A DNA stretch of 64,000 nt, from positions 428-64,427 of the forward strand of contig CAMDGD010000006.1 of assembly GCA_945897785.1 (NCBI GenBank), read 5' to 3'. The notes under the pieces are model-generated. The model had not been told where the DNA came from. It did no database searches and saw only the letters and a program-made list of their open reading frames with translations. Positions within the stretch are counted from its first letter, which is position 1. Every line of letters starts with the position of its first letter. Shown here in pieces: positions 28,635 through 38,322 of the stretch. The translations under genes were made by a program, and so were the position numbers. This DNA comes from Paludibacter jiangxiensis (GTDB taxonomy: Bacteria > Bacteroidota > Bacteroidia > Bacteroidales > Paludibacteraceae).

Positions 28635-29804
28635 CTATTGCAAGTAATTTCTCTCCAATTGCTTTGCATATTTCAAGGCCTCAGGGTTATTTATGTCAAT
28701 AAGTTTCGGATTTAGTTTTGGGATTTTTATGCGCATACCTACCTGTACGCTTCCCGGACTTTTCAACACATTGCTATTAGCTTCATATATGTACACCCAA
28801 AAATCCTTGTGACCGTAATATTTTTCTGCATATACAACTAACCGTTCCCCTTTTTTAACAACTTCGGTAGTTATTGTTTCTTTTTGGTTTCGAGGCATCT
28901 CAAAAACAGATTGTTGTGCTACTTTCTTAACAGGTTCTTTTTTAGTAGATTTAGGCGCTTCAACAGGAGGTTTTTCGTCTTCAGTGGCATTATCGGCCAT
29001 GTTTTCATCCAATGGTGTTGTTGAAATTGATTCTTCTACAACAAGAACCTCGTTTTCAGCTTCCGATTTCTCGAAGATGGCAACTAATTTATCTTTTAAT
29101 GCCTTTGCTTTCGACTCCGCTTTTACAATATACGGTCCTAAAACAGTATCTTTATACAAAAGATACCCTCCAACTCCTCCCGCAACAACAAGGAACACTA
29201 ATAGAAAAAACACAACATGTTTTTCTTTCCGTTTCTTCTTTATGGGTAAATCCCGTTCTTGTAACACATGTTTTTCTGTTAGGGTAGCCGACTGTATTGA
29301 TACTTGCTCTTCGTTTTGGGTAGGATTTACTGTTGTATTTGTAAGCTCCGGCTCTGGTTTAACCATTTCTTCTATGCTTTCTGACGGCTGAATCAATGCT
29401 GGTTCTGTTTTTTTCATTTCTTTAATATCAGCAATGATTCCTTTAATCTCTTCCGCTTGTTCATTTAATTTCTCTAGCGGATCAGGCAATGTCGATTCGT
29501 TTGTTTTTACTCCTTTATCGTTAATCAACTCTTTTAACTGAGCATCAGGCACAAAGCTCACTTTGGTATGGCCTGGAATAATATATTCTTCGCCGGTTTG
29601 TACATTGATACTTTTTCGTGCTTCGTTCCATATCAATTTAAAAGTGCCTAGCCCTTTAATTTTTACAATACGATCATTGATTAAGCCATCTTCAATAGTA
29701 CTTTGGAGCACTTTCAGAAACTCTTCGGCTTTCTTTTTAGATATGCCGGTTTGCTGTGCAATAACATCTATAAGCTCCTGAATAGATATTTTTGAAGTAT
29801 TCAT
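28635..29804 (-). CDS. membrane protein: N-terminal HU/IHF-like domain, one TM helix, C-terminal LysM-like domain
   Basis: Residues 1-95 read like an HU fold (…GLGTFKLIWNEARKSINVQTGEEYIIPGHTKVSF.P). The TM helix is VVFFLLVFLVVAGGVGGYLLY. The C-terminal VKKGERLVVYAEKYYG…VQVGMRIKIPKL fits the LysM pattern. The ATG overlaps the upstream HU stop (ATGA). Confidence 0.7.
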   Translation of the reverse strand: MNTSKISIQELIDVIAQQTGISKKKAEEFLKVLQSTIEDGLINDRIVKIKGLGTFKLIWNEARKSINVQTGEEYIIPGHTKVSFVPDAQLKELINDKGVKTNESTLPDPLEKLNEQAEEIKGIIADIKEMKKTEPALIQPSESIEEMVKPEPELTNTTVNPTQNEEQVSIQSATLTEKHVLQERDLPIKKKRKEKHVVFFLLVFLVVAGGVGGYLLYKDTVLGPYIVKAESKAKALKDKLVAIFEKSEAENEVLVVEESISTTPLDENMADNATEDEKPPVEAPKSTKKEPVKKVAQQSVFEMPRNQKETITTEVVKKGERLVVYAEKYYGHKDFWVYIYEANSNVLKSPGSVQVGMRIKIPKLNPKLIDINNPEALKYAKQLERNYLQ

Positions 29805-30088
29805 AAGCGCGGAAGGTCTTTAATTTTATCTTTATACACCGTACTTGGTTTAAACGCTACTGCTATCTTTGAAGGAACAATAGAGCGTTTCTTGGTAAGT
29901 GGATTTACCGTAACCCGTTCTTTTTTTTCTCTGATTTCGAATGTGCCAAAACCATGAATACTAACCGACTTTTGTTCTGACAGCTTATCGGAGATAGCGC
30001 TCACCGCAGCATGAATCAAAGTCTCTGTTTCTGATTGCGAAAGCGCTAAATTAGAAGCAATTGCAGCTTGTAGTTCTTTGTTGTTCAA
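29801..30088 (-). CDS. HU-family DNA-binding protein
   Basis: 95 aa with an HU/IHF pattern (…VSIHGFGTFEIREKKERVTVNPLTKKRSIVPSKIAVAFKPS…). Confidence 0.85.
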   Translation of the reverse strand: MNNKELQAAIASNLALSQSETETLIHAAVSAISDKLSEQKSVSIHGFGTFEIREKKERVTVNPLTKKRSIVPSKIAVAFKPSTVYKDKIKDLPRL

Positions 30089-30289
30089 GGCTATATATTT
30101 TTAGTGATTAAAAGAGTCGCAATTTATAGATTTTAGCTGTAACTTGCAAATAAAGATGAACTTTTCCGTACAAAAACAATAGCAATAAGTATTGATGAGA
30201 AGGCAGATTATTGCATCTACGCTTGATTAGAAGATTCTTGTAGTACGCGACTACAAAAAACGAAAATACAATGCTAAAAGACAGCGTTA

Positions 30290-31585
30290 CTAATCAATAA
30301 ATTCGGCATACAAATCAAAGTCATCTGATTCTATTATCTTAACATCATAGAAATTCCCGATAGTAATTTTTTTTGCTGATTTTTTCACCAACACTTCGGG
30401 GTCAACTTCCGGAGAGTCAAATGCTGTGCGACCTACAAAGTAGTCTACTTCTTCCTTATCAATAATAATTGCGAATATACTACCGACTTTTTTTCTATTT
30501 AGGTCTGCTGATATTTCTTGTTGAATGGCCATAAGTTCATCCAATCGTTGTTGTTTTACTTCAACAGGGATATCATCTTCATAATGTTGACTGGAAAAAG
30601 TACCCTCTTCATCGGAATAAATAAAGGCTCCCATACGTTCGAATGCAGCTTCACGCACAAATTTTTTTAGCGCTTCAAAATCTACTTCCGTTTCACCCGG
30701 ATGACCAACCATAAAAGTAGTACGCAAATGAATTCCGGGCACTTCTTTTCTAATACGAGCAAGCAAGGTCAAGGTTTCTTTTTTGGTAATATTACGATGC
30801 ATGCGCGATAACATTGGATCGCTAATGTGCTGAAGGGCAATATCTAAATACTTACACACATTTTTATTTACAGCCATTACAGGCAATAAATCGTACGGAA
30901 AATGAGCAGGATAGGCATAATGCAAACGCAACCATTCAACCCCTTTTATCGAAGCCAACCGTTGCGTCAATTCTGCCAGTCTCATTTCTTTGTATAAGTC
31001 TAAACCATAAAAGGTTAAATCTTGAGCAATCAACTGAAATTCTTTAACCCCTTTAGCAACCAACAGGCGCACTTCCTCTTCAATTTCTTCTATGGGACGA
31101 GAGTTATGCTTTCCGGTAATAATAGGAATGGCACAATAAGCACAAGTTCTATTGCATCCTTCTGATATTTTAATATACGCATAATGCTTGGGCGTAGTTA
31201 AAGTGCGTTCTAAGCGAAAATCTTGCTGATAGGCTTTACCAATATCGCTTACAATCGTTTTTATGTCAAACTTACCGTAAAACTTATCAACTTCAGGTAT
31301 TTCGAGTGATAATTCAGTTAAATACCGTTGCGACAAACAGCCCATTACCAGTAATTTCTGAATTTTTTTCTTGGTACGCAATGCGGCAAATGCCAAAATC
31401 GTATTTATCGACTCCTCCTTTGCATCCCCAATAAAACCACAGGTATTAATAATCACTATATTTCCTTTTGGTTCAACAGGATCATGTGCAACCTGAAATC
31501 CATTTGCTTCGAGCTGACGGATAAGTTGTTCAGAATCAACTAGATTCTTTGAGCAACCAAGTGTTATTAGGTCTACTTTATTCAT
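30290..31585 (-). CDS. rimO: ribosomal protein S12 methylthiotransferase
   Basis: UPF0004 N-domain (LGCSKNLVDSE), radical-SAM motif CNRTCAYC and a C-terminal TRAM domain. 431 aa. Confidence 0.9.
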   Translation of the reverse strand: MNKVDLITLGCSKNLVDSEQLIRQLEANGFQVAHDPVEPKGNIVIINTCGFIGDAKEESINTILAFAALRTKKKIQKLLVMGCLSQRYLTELSLEIPEVDKFYGKFDIKTIVSDIGKAYQQDFRLERTLTTPKHYAYIKISEGCNRTCAYCAIPIITGKHNSRPIEEIEEEVRLLVAKGVKEFQLIAQDLTFYGLDLYKEMRLAELTQRLASIKGVEWLRLHYAYPAHFPYDLLPVMAVNKNVCKYLDIALQHISDPMLSRMHRNITKKETLTLLARIRKEVPGIHLRTTFMVGHPGETEVDFEALKKFVREAAFERMGAFIYSDEEGTFSSQHYEDDIPVEVKQQRLDELMAIQQEISADLNRKKVGSIFAIIIDKEEVDYFVGRTAFDSPEVDPEVLVKKSAKKITIGNFYDVKIIESDDFDLYAEFID

Positions 31586-31624
31586 AGCAAAATTTGGTGA
31601 GAGAATTTAAAGAAAAGCGTATTA

Positions 31625-32578
31625 TCAAAATAAACTATCTACAAATGCTTTCTTATTAAACACATGTAAATCATCTATACCTTCGCCTACACCAATATAA
31701 CGAACAGGGATTTTAAACTGATCAGAAATACCAATAACCACTCCTCCCTTTGCAGTTCCATCAAGTTTGGTAATAGCTAAAGATTTCACCTCAGTAGCTA
31801 ACGTAAATTGCTTTGCCTGCTCAAAAGCATTTTGTCCGGTAGATCCATCAAGAACCAGCAACACATCATGTGGCGCATTAGGCACAACCTTTTGCATTAC
31901 ATTTTTTATTTTCGTTAGTTCATGCATTAAATTTACCTTGTTATGCAAACGACCGGCAGTATCAATAATCACAACATCTGCGTTATTTGATTTAGCGGCT
32001 GCTATGGTATCATAAGCCACAGAGGCCGGATCGGAACCCATTTGCTGTTTCACAACAGGAACACCTACTCGTTCGCCCCAAACAACCAATTGCTCTACTG
32101 CAGCTGCTCTAAAAGTATCGGCTGCACCTAAATACACTTTCTTTCCTGCTTGGGTAAACTTATGAGCCAACTTCCCAATAGTAGTAGTTTTTCCTACACC
32201 GTTTACTCCAACTACCATAATAACAAAAGGCTTCTCTACTCCAGTTAAATCGAAATCTTCACCGTCTGGCGTGTTATTTTCTTCTAATAAGCCGGCAATT
32301 TCTTCTTTTAAAATTGAATTTAACTCATCAGTACCCACATATTTGTCGGCAGCCACACGTTTTTCTATCCTTTCAATAATTTTTAGAGTCGTTTCCACGC
32401 CAACATCCGAAGTAACCAACACCTCTTCCAAATCGTCCAATACACTTTCATCAACCTTTGATTTTCCGGCAACCACACGCGTCAACTTTGAAAAAACACT
32501 AGCTTTGGTTTTTTCTAAACCTTGATCTAATTGTTCTTTTTTTTCTTTTCCAAAAAAACTAAAAATACCCATACCCAT
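31625..32578 (-). CDS. ftsY: signal recognition particle receptor FtsY
   Basis: SRP-GTPase motifs GVNGVGKTTTIGKLA, DTAGR and TKLDG, with an N-terminal helical NG region. Confidence 0.95.
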   Translation of the reverse strand: MGMGIFSFFGKEKKEQLDQGLEKTKASVFSKLTRVVAGKSKVDESVLDDLEEVLVTSDVGVETTLKIIERIEKRVAADKYVGTDELNSILKEEIAGLLEENNTPDGEDFDLTGVEKPFVIMVVGVNGVGKTTTIGKLAHKFTQAGKKVYLGAADTFRAAAVEQLVVWGERVGVPVVKQQMGSDPASVAYDTIAAAKSNNADVVIIDTAGRLHNKVNLMHELTKIKNVMQKVVPNAPHDVLLVLDGSTGQNAFEQAKQFTLATEVKSLAITKLDGTAKGGVVIGISDQFKIPVRYIGVGEGIDDLHVFNKKAFVDSLF

Positions 32579-32634
32579 AAATTGTTAAATAATAAATGCA
32601 CCTTGAGTTATACCAAGCATTACTTTATAGCGCA

Positions 32635-32642
32635 CAAAAATA
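32635..32642 (-). promoter_or_regulatory. -7 box TAttTTTG for ftsY
   Basis: The plus strand reads caaaaata, 57 nt upstream of the ATG at 32578. Confidence 0.4.
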
Positions 32643-32721
32643 ATAAAAAATCAACGGCTTTCGGCATTTCCGTATTTATTAATAAAACTGATTAATGAAC
32701 ACAAAAGCACAGCTGTAGGAA

Positions 32722-32760
32722 TAAAAAAAAATCCCTGCAAATAAATTACTTGCAGGGATT
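32722..32760 (-). terminator. terminator of the rpmB-rpmG-DUF4295 operon
   Basis: A 10-bp stem (atccctgcaa/ttgcagggat) is followed on the minus strand by T8. Confidence 0.8.
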
Positions 32761-32781
32761 ATAGCTATTATATACAAAGAT

Positions 32782-32934
32782 TTATTTAGCAAAAAAATCT
32801 TTTACTTTTTCGTTAGGAACCATTTCTTCATGAAAAACATATGCACCAGTTTTTGGTGATTTCACCATTTTAATAACCTTTGCATACGAACGGCCTTCGC
32901 CTTTTTGCATAGATGCTACTGCTTTCTTTGCCAT
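32782..32934 (-). CDS. DUF4295-family small protein (50 aa), absent from the supplied ORF track
   Basis: Hand translation gives MAKKAVASMQKGEGRSYAKVIKMVKSPKTGAYVFHEEMVPNEKVKDFFAK*. It starts 9 nt after the rpmG stop and is followed by terminator 32722..32760. The VKSPKTGAY core and the post-rpmG position match the small Bacteroidota-specific DUF4295 proteins as I remember them. Confidence 0.7.
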   Translation of the reverse strand: MAKKAVASMQKGEGRSYAKVIKMVKSPKTGAYVFHEEMVPNEKVKDFFAK

Positions 32935-32943
32935 AATTTCTTA

Positions 32944-33132
32944 TTATTTAATTTCTTTATGTACTGTTACTTTTCTTAATACTGGGTTGTATTTTTTCAA
33001 CTCCAATCGTTCTGTTGTGTTTTTACGATTCTTTGTAGTAATATAACGAGAAGTTCCCGGCATACCACTATCTTTATGTTCTGTACATTCTAAAATAACC
33101 TGTACTCTACTTTCTTTACTTTTCTTTGCCAT
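32944..33132 (-). CDS. rpmG: 50S ribosomal protein L33
   Basis: 62 aa (…[25 protein letters not shown]…), a typical L33. Confidence 0.95.
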   Translation of the reverse strand: MAKKSKESRVQVILECTEHKDSGMPGTSRYITTKNRKNTTERLELKKYNPVLRKVTVHKEIK

Positions 33133-33150
33133 GATAAATTTCCTCCTCTA

Positions 33151-33390
33151 TTATACAAATAAATGACCTTCAGTTGCTGCTTTTTTAATAGCCGTATTTA
33201 ATCCAAGTTTATTTATGGTACGCAACCCATTTGCAGAAACTCTTAAAGTAATCCACATATCTTGTTCAACCCAATAAAATTTCTTTGTAAATAAATTTAC
33301 ATCAAAAGTTCTTTTAGTTCTTCGTTTTGAATGGGAAACATTGTTTCCTACCATTGCTTTCTTTCCGGTAATTTGACAAATTTTCGACAT
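33151..33390 (-). CDS. rpmB: 50S ribosomal protein L28
   Basis: 79 aa ([32 protein letters not shown]), a typical L28. Confidence 0.95.
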   Translation of the reverse strand: MSKICQITGKKAMVGNNVSHSKRRTKRTFDVNLFTKKFYWVEQDMWITLRVSANGLRTINKLGLNTAIKKAATEGHLFV

Positions 33391-33443
33391 GTCTCTATAT
33401 CTTTTATTATTCTTTTGTATTTATTCTCCTAAAAAACAGAGCG

Positions 33444-33451
33444 CAAAGTTA
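33444..33451 (-). promoter_or_regulatory. -7 box TAacTTTG for rpmB-rpmG-DUF4295
   Basis: The plus strand reads caaagtta, 54 nt upstream of the ATG at 33390. Confidence 0.45.
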
Positions 33452-33501
33452 ACGCCTTTTTTTTATTCAACAAACAATTATGCAAAGTTTTTACAAAAAC
33501 T

Positions 33502-34746
33502 TTACTTATCAATGCAGTCTTTAATCATGGCTAAGGCAGCCAATGTTGACAAGGAAACATTAACTGTACGAGAAGAACTGAACTGAAACTTTTTGCTAAC
33601 ACAATGTTTTCTCGTGCAAACGGCAATCCAAACTGTGCCAACAGGTTTATCTTCCGACCCCCCATCTGGCCCCGCTATTCCTGAAGTAGCAACAGCAATA
33701 TCTGCTTGAAATTTAACCATTACAGCTTGCGCCATTTGTTCAACCACTTGAGCACTGACTGCGCCAAATTCTAATATAGTTTGCGAAGAAACACCTAATA
33801 TTTGTGTTTTTATTTCATTACTATATGCTACAACAGCACCTTTAAAATAGGCAGAAGAACCAGGTATAGAGGTAATCAATCGAGCAATATCTCCTCCAGT
33901 ACAACTTTCTGCTGTTGCCAAGAGCATCTTTTTTTTCAACAATAACGCACCTACAATGCTCTCCATAGGGATATCTTCTGTTGCAACAATGTTCTTTCCT
34001 AGCAGCAGGTAAAGCTTTTCAACTTGTTCTTCAATATTTTTTTTTAAGGCATTTGGGTCTGTTGCACTTCCTGACAAACGGAGCTTAACCAACCCGTATG
34101 ATGGTAAATAAGCCAGTTTTAAGGACTTGGGTAAATTATCTTCAAAATCACTTAATTTTATTGCTAAGGCAGATTCGGCATCACCATATACAACAAGGGT
34201 TTTATGCAATATTGAAGGAGTATTAAATTTCAACTTAAGGCGCGGTAATATTTCGGCACGCATAGCCCATTGCATTTCGGTGGGCACACCCGGCATCGAA
34301 ACAAGCACCTTTTCATTAATTTCAAACCAAGCAATTGGAGCCGTGCCTACTTGATTTTGAATAACAGTGGCCTTTTTAGGCACAAAAGCCTGACTGCGAG
34401 TTAACTCGTTTAGCACAGACTTTCGATGCGTAAACAGTCGATTAATAGTATCGATAACCTGCTGGTTATAAACTAGTTCTGTATCGAAAAAGCGACATAA
34501 TGCAAGCTTGGTAACATCGTCTTTTGTAGGACCTAAACCTCCAGTTAATAGCACTATCGAAACTCGCGCCAAGGCATTTTCTATAGCCTCGATAATGTGC
34601 TCTTCCGTATCAGAAACACTGGTAATTTGATGCACAGCAAAGCCTTCTTCATTTAAGGCCTTAGCTATCCAAGAAGCATTTGTATCGATTATTTGACCTA
34701 TCAATATTTCATCGCCAATAGTAATTATTTCAACCGTATTCGACAT
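33502..34746 (-). CDS. cinA: CinA-family protein (MoCF-binding domain + NMN amidohydrolase PncC domain)
   Basis: N-terminal IITIGDEILIGQIIDTN…TGGLGPTKDD and a C-terminal CinA domain (ATAESCTGG…GGSEDKPVGTV). 414 aa. Confidence 0.85.
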   Translation of the reverse strand: MSNTVEIITIGDEILIGQIIDTNASWIAKALNEEGFAVHQITSVSDTEEHIIEAIENALARVSIVLLTGGLGPTKDDVTKLALCRFFDTELVYNQQVIDTINRLFTHRKSVLNELTRSQAFVPKKATVIQNQVGTAPIAWFEINEKVLVSMPGVPTEMQWAMRAEILPRLKLKFNTPSILHKTLVVYGDAESALAIKLSDFEDNLPKSLKLAYLPSYGLVKLRLSGSATDPNALKKNIEEQVEKLYLLLGKNIVATEDIPMESIVGALLLKKKMLLATAESCTGGDIARLITSIPGSSAYFKGAVVAYSNEIKTQILGVSSQTILEFGAVSAQVVEQMAQAVMVKFQADIAVATSGIAGPDGGSEDKPVGTVWIAVCTRKHCVSKKFQFSSSRTVNVSLSTLAALAMIKDCIDK

Positions 34747-34758
34747 ACCTTGGTGATG

Positions 34759-36003
34759 TTATTTTTTTAAATTTCGTAAAGCATCCATCCGTTGTAATAA
34801 TGTTGGATGTGAATAATAGAAAAACACATAAGCAGGATGTGGTTGTAGATTACTTAACGATTTGACGGACAATTTTTTAAGTCCACTTATAAGGTCTTCC
34901 CCCAAACCAAAAGACGCAGCATATGCATCTGCTTGATACTCATTTCGACGAGAAACAAGATACATCAATAAACTCAGCACAACAGAAACCGGCGTATATA
35001 ATATTCCGAAAGCCAATAAATTGATATGAAAAGCGGCTTGTTCAATACCAAAAGCTTGCGACAAAGCATTGCTATCTAAAAAATAACCTAAAATAAACAA
35101 CATTATAAGGGAATTTACTAAAGACATGGCTAGGGCCAACAAGCTGTGTTTTTTCTTGTAATGGCCTATTTCGTGAGCCAACACAGCAACAATTTCTTTC
35201 GTGCTTAAATCGTTAATTAGCGTATCATACAACACTATTCGTTTTTTTGCACCCAAGCCACTAAAATACGCATTGGCTTTAGTCGATCGTTTAGAACCGT
35301 CTATTACAAAAATATTTTTCAAATTAAAGCCCACTTCATCGGCAAACTTTTGTATTTCATCCCGCAACTCTCCCTGTTCCAAAGGAGTCTGTTTATTAAA
35401 CAAAGGCACAATCAACTGCGAATAAAACATATTGATAAATACACTGAAAGCAGCTATAACTATCCATGCCAACAACCAAAAATAACTTGCAGTTAACTCG
35501 TAAATAGTAGCAATTAAAGCTATTAACCCACCACCAATTAATGCTCCCAGCAACCAGCCTTTTAGTTTATCGCCAATAAAAACTTTTGCTGTAGCTTTAT
35601 TAAAACCGTATTTTTCTTCAATTACAAACTGGCTATACAATTCAAAAGGGATTCCAACTAAATCATTAGCAAAAAATAATATACCAAAAAACAACACCGA
35701 GACTAACAATTCAATGCCTGATAGCTGATGTGCAAGTGAATCAACAAACGCAAATCCGCCAAAAACAAACATAAGTAATATCAGCACCAAACTAAATGAA
35801 GCCGTAAACAAGCCAAAGCGCTGATTCTCTTTAAAGTAATCCTGCTGCTTGGCATATTCATCTGCATTATACAAGTCTTTTAAAGGTTCCGGAAGAGCCG
35901 TTTTTACATGGCGGGCGTTTAAAAAAGCTAATCCTCTCTCTACAATATAATCGAGCAAAAGAATGGCAATAATAACAAAAGTGATGGCAGTAAATGTATT
36001 CAT
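34759..36003 (-). CDS. M48-family (Ste24-like) zinc metallopeptidase, integral membrane
   Basis: HEIGHYKKKH zincin motif and multiple TM helices. The tracked start at 36024 is a TTG lying inside a TActTTTG -7 box (36022..36029), so I prefer the ATG at 36003. Confidence 0.8.
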   Translation of the reverse strand: MNTFTAITFVIIAILLLDYIVERGLAFLNARHVKTALPEPLKDLYNADEYAKQQDYFKENQRFGLFTASFSLVLILLMFVFGGFAFVDSLAHQLSGIELLVSVLFFGILFFANDLVGIPFELYSQFVIEEKYGFNKATAKVFIGDKLKGWLLGALIGGGLIALIATIYELTASYFWLLAWIVIAAFSVFINMFYSQLIVPLFNKQTPLEQGELRDEIQKFADEVGFNLKNIFVIDGSKRSTKANAYFSGLGAKKRIVLYDTLINDLSTKEIVAVLAHEIGHYKKKHSLLALAMSLVNSLIMLFILGYFLDSNALSQAFGIEQAAFHINLLAFGILYTPVSVVLSLLMYLVSRRNEYQADAYAASFGLGEDLISGLKKLSVKSLSNLQPHPAYVFFYYSHPTLLQRMDALRNLKK

Positions 36004-36021
36004 AACAATTAATTTTAAGCA

Positions 36022-36029
36022 CAAAAGTA
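36022..36029 (-). promoter_or_regulatory. -7 box TActTTTG for the M48 peptidase-cinA transcript
   Basis: The plus strand reads caaaagta, 19 nt upstream of the ATG at 36003. It overlaps the tracked TTG start. Confidence 0.5.
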
Positions 36030-36194
36030 AATAAAAGCAAGCATGAACCTAACTAGTATTAGGTTAATTTTGTAAAAAAAGAACAACAATATAAGTTTAA
36101 TAACATGTTTTTTTAACTATTAAATTTAACAATAATAGTTATCTTTTAAAATTGTTTTCCATATCATTTGTCAACACATAAAAAACAGACACCT

Positions 36195-36680
36195 ATGAAT
36201 GATTTCACTGCAATGAAAAGTAGCTTTATGATACTACCTGAGCATCGATTAATAGTTGAATATATTGGCGGGCTTTTAAAAATTGAACAAGTAATGCCCC
36301 ATCGAAAGATGCTTTATATCCACAAAGATTTTGATCCTTTATATGATATTTTACTAGACCTCCGATTTGCCAAAGTAGATATCACGCTAGAGCAGTTTAA
36401 TGCCTATATAAACTACCTCTCCTCTTTAGGCAGTGTTTTCGATGTGCGCAAATCAGCTATACTGGTAAGAAATTCTAATCAACTAGTTTACACCAATGCA
36501 TTTAAAGCATTTGAAGGAAAGATACCCTTAGAAATTAAATTTTTTATTGAGATAGAAGATGCAATAACTTTTCTAGGTAAAAACAAAATAAGAGATAGTA
36601 TAAACACTCTTTTAATACAAATGGACCAAGAACCTGACTATATTTGGAATCATGACAACAACATGGGTTCTAACTATTAA
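36195..36680 (+). CDS. hypothetical protein (weak STAS/SpoIIAA-like impression)
   Basis: The tracked ORF starts at TTG 36168, with an ATG at 36195 (MNDFTAMKSS…). It has no signal peptide. A C-terminal …FF.EIEDAITFL pattern is reminiscent of SpoIIAA-like proteins. The family call is weak. Confidence 0.4.
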   Translation: MNDFTAMKSSFMILPEHRLIVEYIGGLLKIEQVMPHRKMLYIHKDFDPLYDILLDLRFAKVDITLEQFNAYINYLSSLGSVFDVRKSAILVRNSNQLVYTNAFKAFEGKIPLEIKFFIEIEDAITFLGKNKIRDSINTLLIQMDQEPDYIWNHDNNMGSNY

Positions 36681-36709
36681 AAAAGTCCTTGCAAATGCAA
36701 GGACTTTTT
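36681..36709. terminator. bidirectional terminator between 36195..36680 (+) and ilvC (-)
   Basis: aaaa-gtccttgc-aaat-gcaaggac-ttttt. Confidence 0.8.
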
Positions 36710-36734
36710 AAAATATGCTAAAATATTTAACAGC

Positions 36735-38213
36735 TTATTCTACAATTTTTTTCATGGCGGTCATTGCAGCACGCAACTCTTCTCCACAAATTTCAATTTC
36801 ATGGTAACGAATAACTTCGTTAATAGCAACAAGCTCCATATTATCAACATGAGCATCTTTACCAGCATTATACTCTTTGCCAATTACATCAGTATCAATT
36901 TTACTCATAAAATCTGCCAATAAAGGCTTACAAGCATGATCAAACAAATAGCAACCATATTCTGCCGTATCAGATATTACGCGGTTCATTTCGAACAATT
37001 TTTTGCGCGCAATGGTATTTGCAATAAGTGGTGTTTCGTGTAATGACTCGTAATACGCAGATTCAGGTTTCATGCCTGCCTCTGTCATTAATTCGAAAGC
37101 TAATTCTACCCCTGATTTTACAAAAGCTACCATTAACACCCCTTTATCAAAATATTCTTGCTCGTTGATTATAACATCTCCAGCAGCCGTTTTTTCAAAA
37201 GCAGTCTCACCTGTTGCCGCTCTCCATGTCAATAAATTTTTATCGCCATTAGCCCAATCTTCCAACATGGTTTTAGAAAAATAACCAGATAAAATATCGT
37301 CTTGGTGTTTTTCAAACAACGGACGCATAATTGTTTTCAATTCTTCTGAAAGTTTAAACGCTTTTACTTTGGCCGGATTAGACAACCTATCCATCATGTG
37401 GGTAATACCACCAATTTTCAAGGCTTCGGTAATAACTTCCCATCCGTATTGAACAAATTTTGACGCCCATCCTTTATCAATACCTTTTTCTACCATTTTA
37501 TTGAAGCAAAGAATCGAACCTGTTTGTAGCAATCCACAAAGAATTGTTTGCTCGCCCATCAAGTCTGACTTTACTTCGGCAACAAAAGACGAATGCAACA
37601 CACCCGCTTTATGCCCTCCTGTTCCAACACAATATGCTTTTGCAATCTCTAATCCATCGCCATTAGGGTCATTTTCACGATGCACTGCAATTAAAGTTGG
37701 CACACCAAAACCACGAAGAAATTCAGCACGCACCTCAGAGGCAGGAGATTTAGGTGCAACCATAATAACCGTTAAATCTTTACGAATTTGCATTCCTTCT
37801 TCTACAATATTAAATCCATGTGAATAAGATAAACAAGCTCCTTTTTTCATCAAAGGCATTGCTTGATTAACCACCGGAGTATGGTATTTATCTGGAGTAA
37901 GGTTTAACACTAAGTCCGCTTTAGGTATCATAGTTTCAAACGAACCCACTTCGAATTTATTCTCCGTTGCATTTTGATACGAAATTTGTTTCTCATCAAT
38001 TTCTACTTGGCGTAAGGCATACGCCACTTCCAAGCCACTGTCGCGCATATTTAAGCCTTGAGCTAATCCTTGAGCACCACAACCTAACACCACGATTTTT
38101 TTTCCTAATAAATAAGACACTCCTTTTTCAAATTCTGAGCTCTCCATAAAATCACACTTACCTAACTCTACTTTTTGTAAACGAAAAGGTAACGAACTAA
38201 AATAATTTGCCAT
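36735..38213 (-). CDS. ilvC: ketol-acid reductoisomerase, class II (long form)
   Basis: 492 aa with NADPH-binding GCGAQG and the duplicated knotted C-terminal domain length of class II KARI. Confidence 0.9.
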   Translation of the reverse strand: MANYFSSLPFRLQKVELGKCDFMESSEFEKGVSYLLGKKIVVLGCGAQGLAQGLNMRDSGLEVAYALRQVEIDEKQISYQNATENKFEVGSFETMIPKADLVLNLTPDKYHTPVVNQAMPLMKKGACLSYSHGFNIVEEGMQIRKDLTVIMVAPKSPASEVRAEFLRGFGVPTLIAVHRENDPNGDGLEIAKAYCVGTGGHKAGVLHSSFVAEVKSDLMGEQTILCGLLQTGSILCFNKMVEKGIDKGWASKFVQYGWEVITEALKIGGITHMMDRLSNPAKVKAFKLSEELKTIMRPLFEKHQDDILSGYFSKTMLEDWANGDKNLLTWRAATGETAFEKTAAGDVIINEQEYFDKGVLMVAFVKSGVELAFELMTEAGMKPESAYYESLHETPLIANTIARKKLFEMNRVISDTAEYGCYLFDHACKPLLADFMSKIDTDVIGKEYNAGKDAHVDNMELVAINEVIRYHEIEICGEELRAAMTAMKKIVE

Positions 38214-38322
38214 TTTTAATACAATTTTTAGTGATTGATATAGTACCTATTTTTAAAATATCTTTTTGCGTGTACAAAGGAAATCAATTTATAACAAAAC
38301 AGCATGTAAAAACACACAATTT

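Noticed and set aside
28984-29391. 135-aa plus-strand ORF antisense to the HU-TM-LysM gene
   Set aside because: It is a shadow frame of the charged, low-complexity linker region. The sense-strand ORF has recognisable HU, TM and LysM features.
30238-30256. 7-bp hairpin (ttgtagt-acgcg-actacaa) between rimO and the HU gene
   Set aside because: On the transcribed minus strand the T-run precedes rather than follows the stem, so it is not a canonical intrinsic terminator. I could not support any other role for it.
37511-37520. gaatcgaacc, resembling the T-arm of a tRNA on the opposite strand
   Set aside because: It lies within the ilvC coding frame, and there is no flanking acceptor or anticodon stem complementarity. 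I found no tRNA genes in any intergenic gap.
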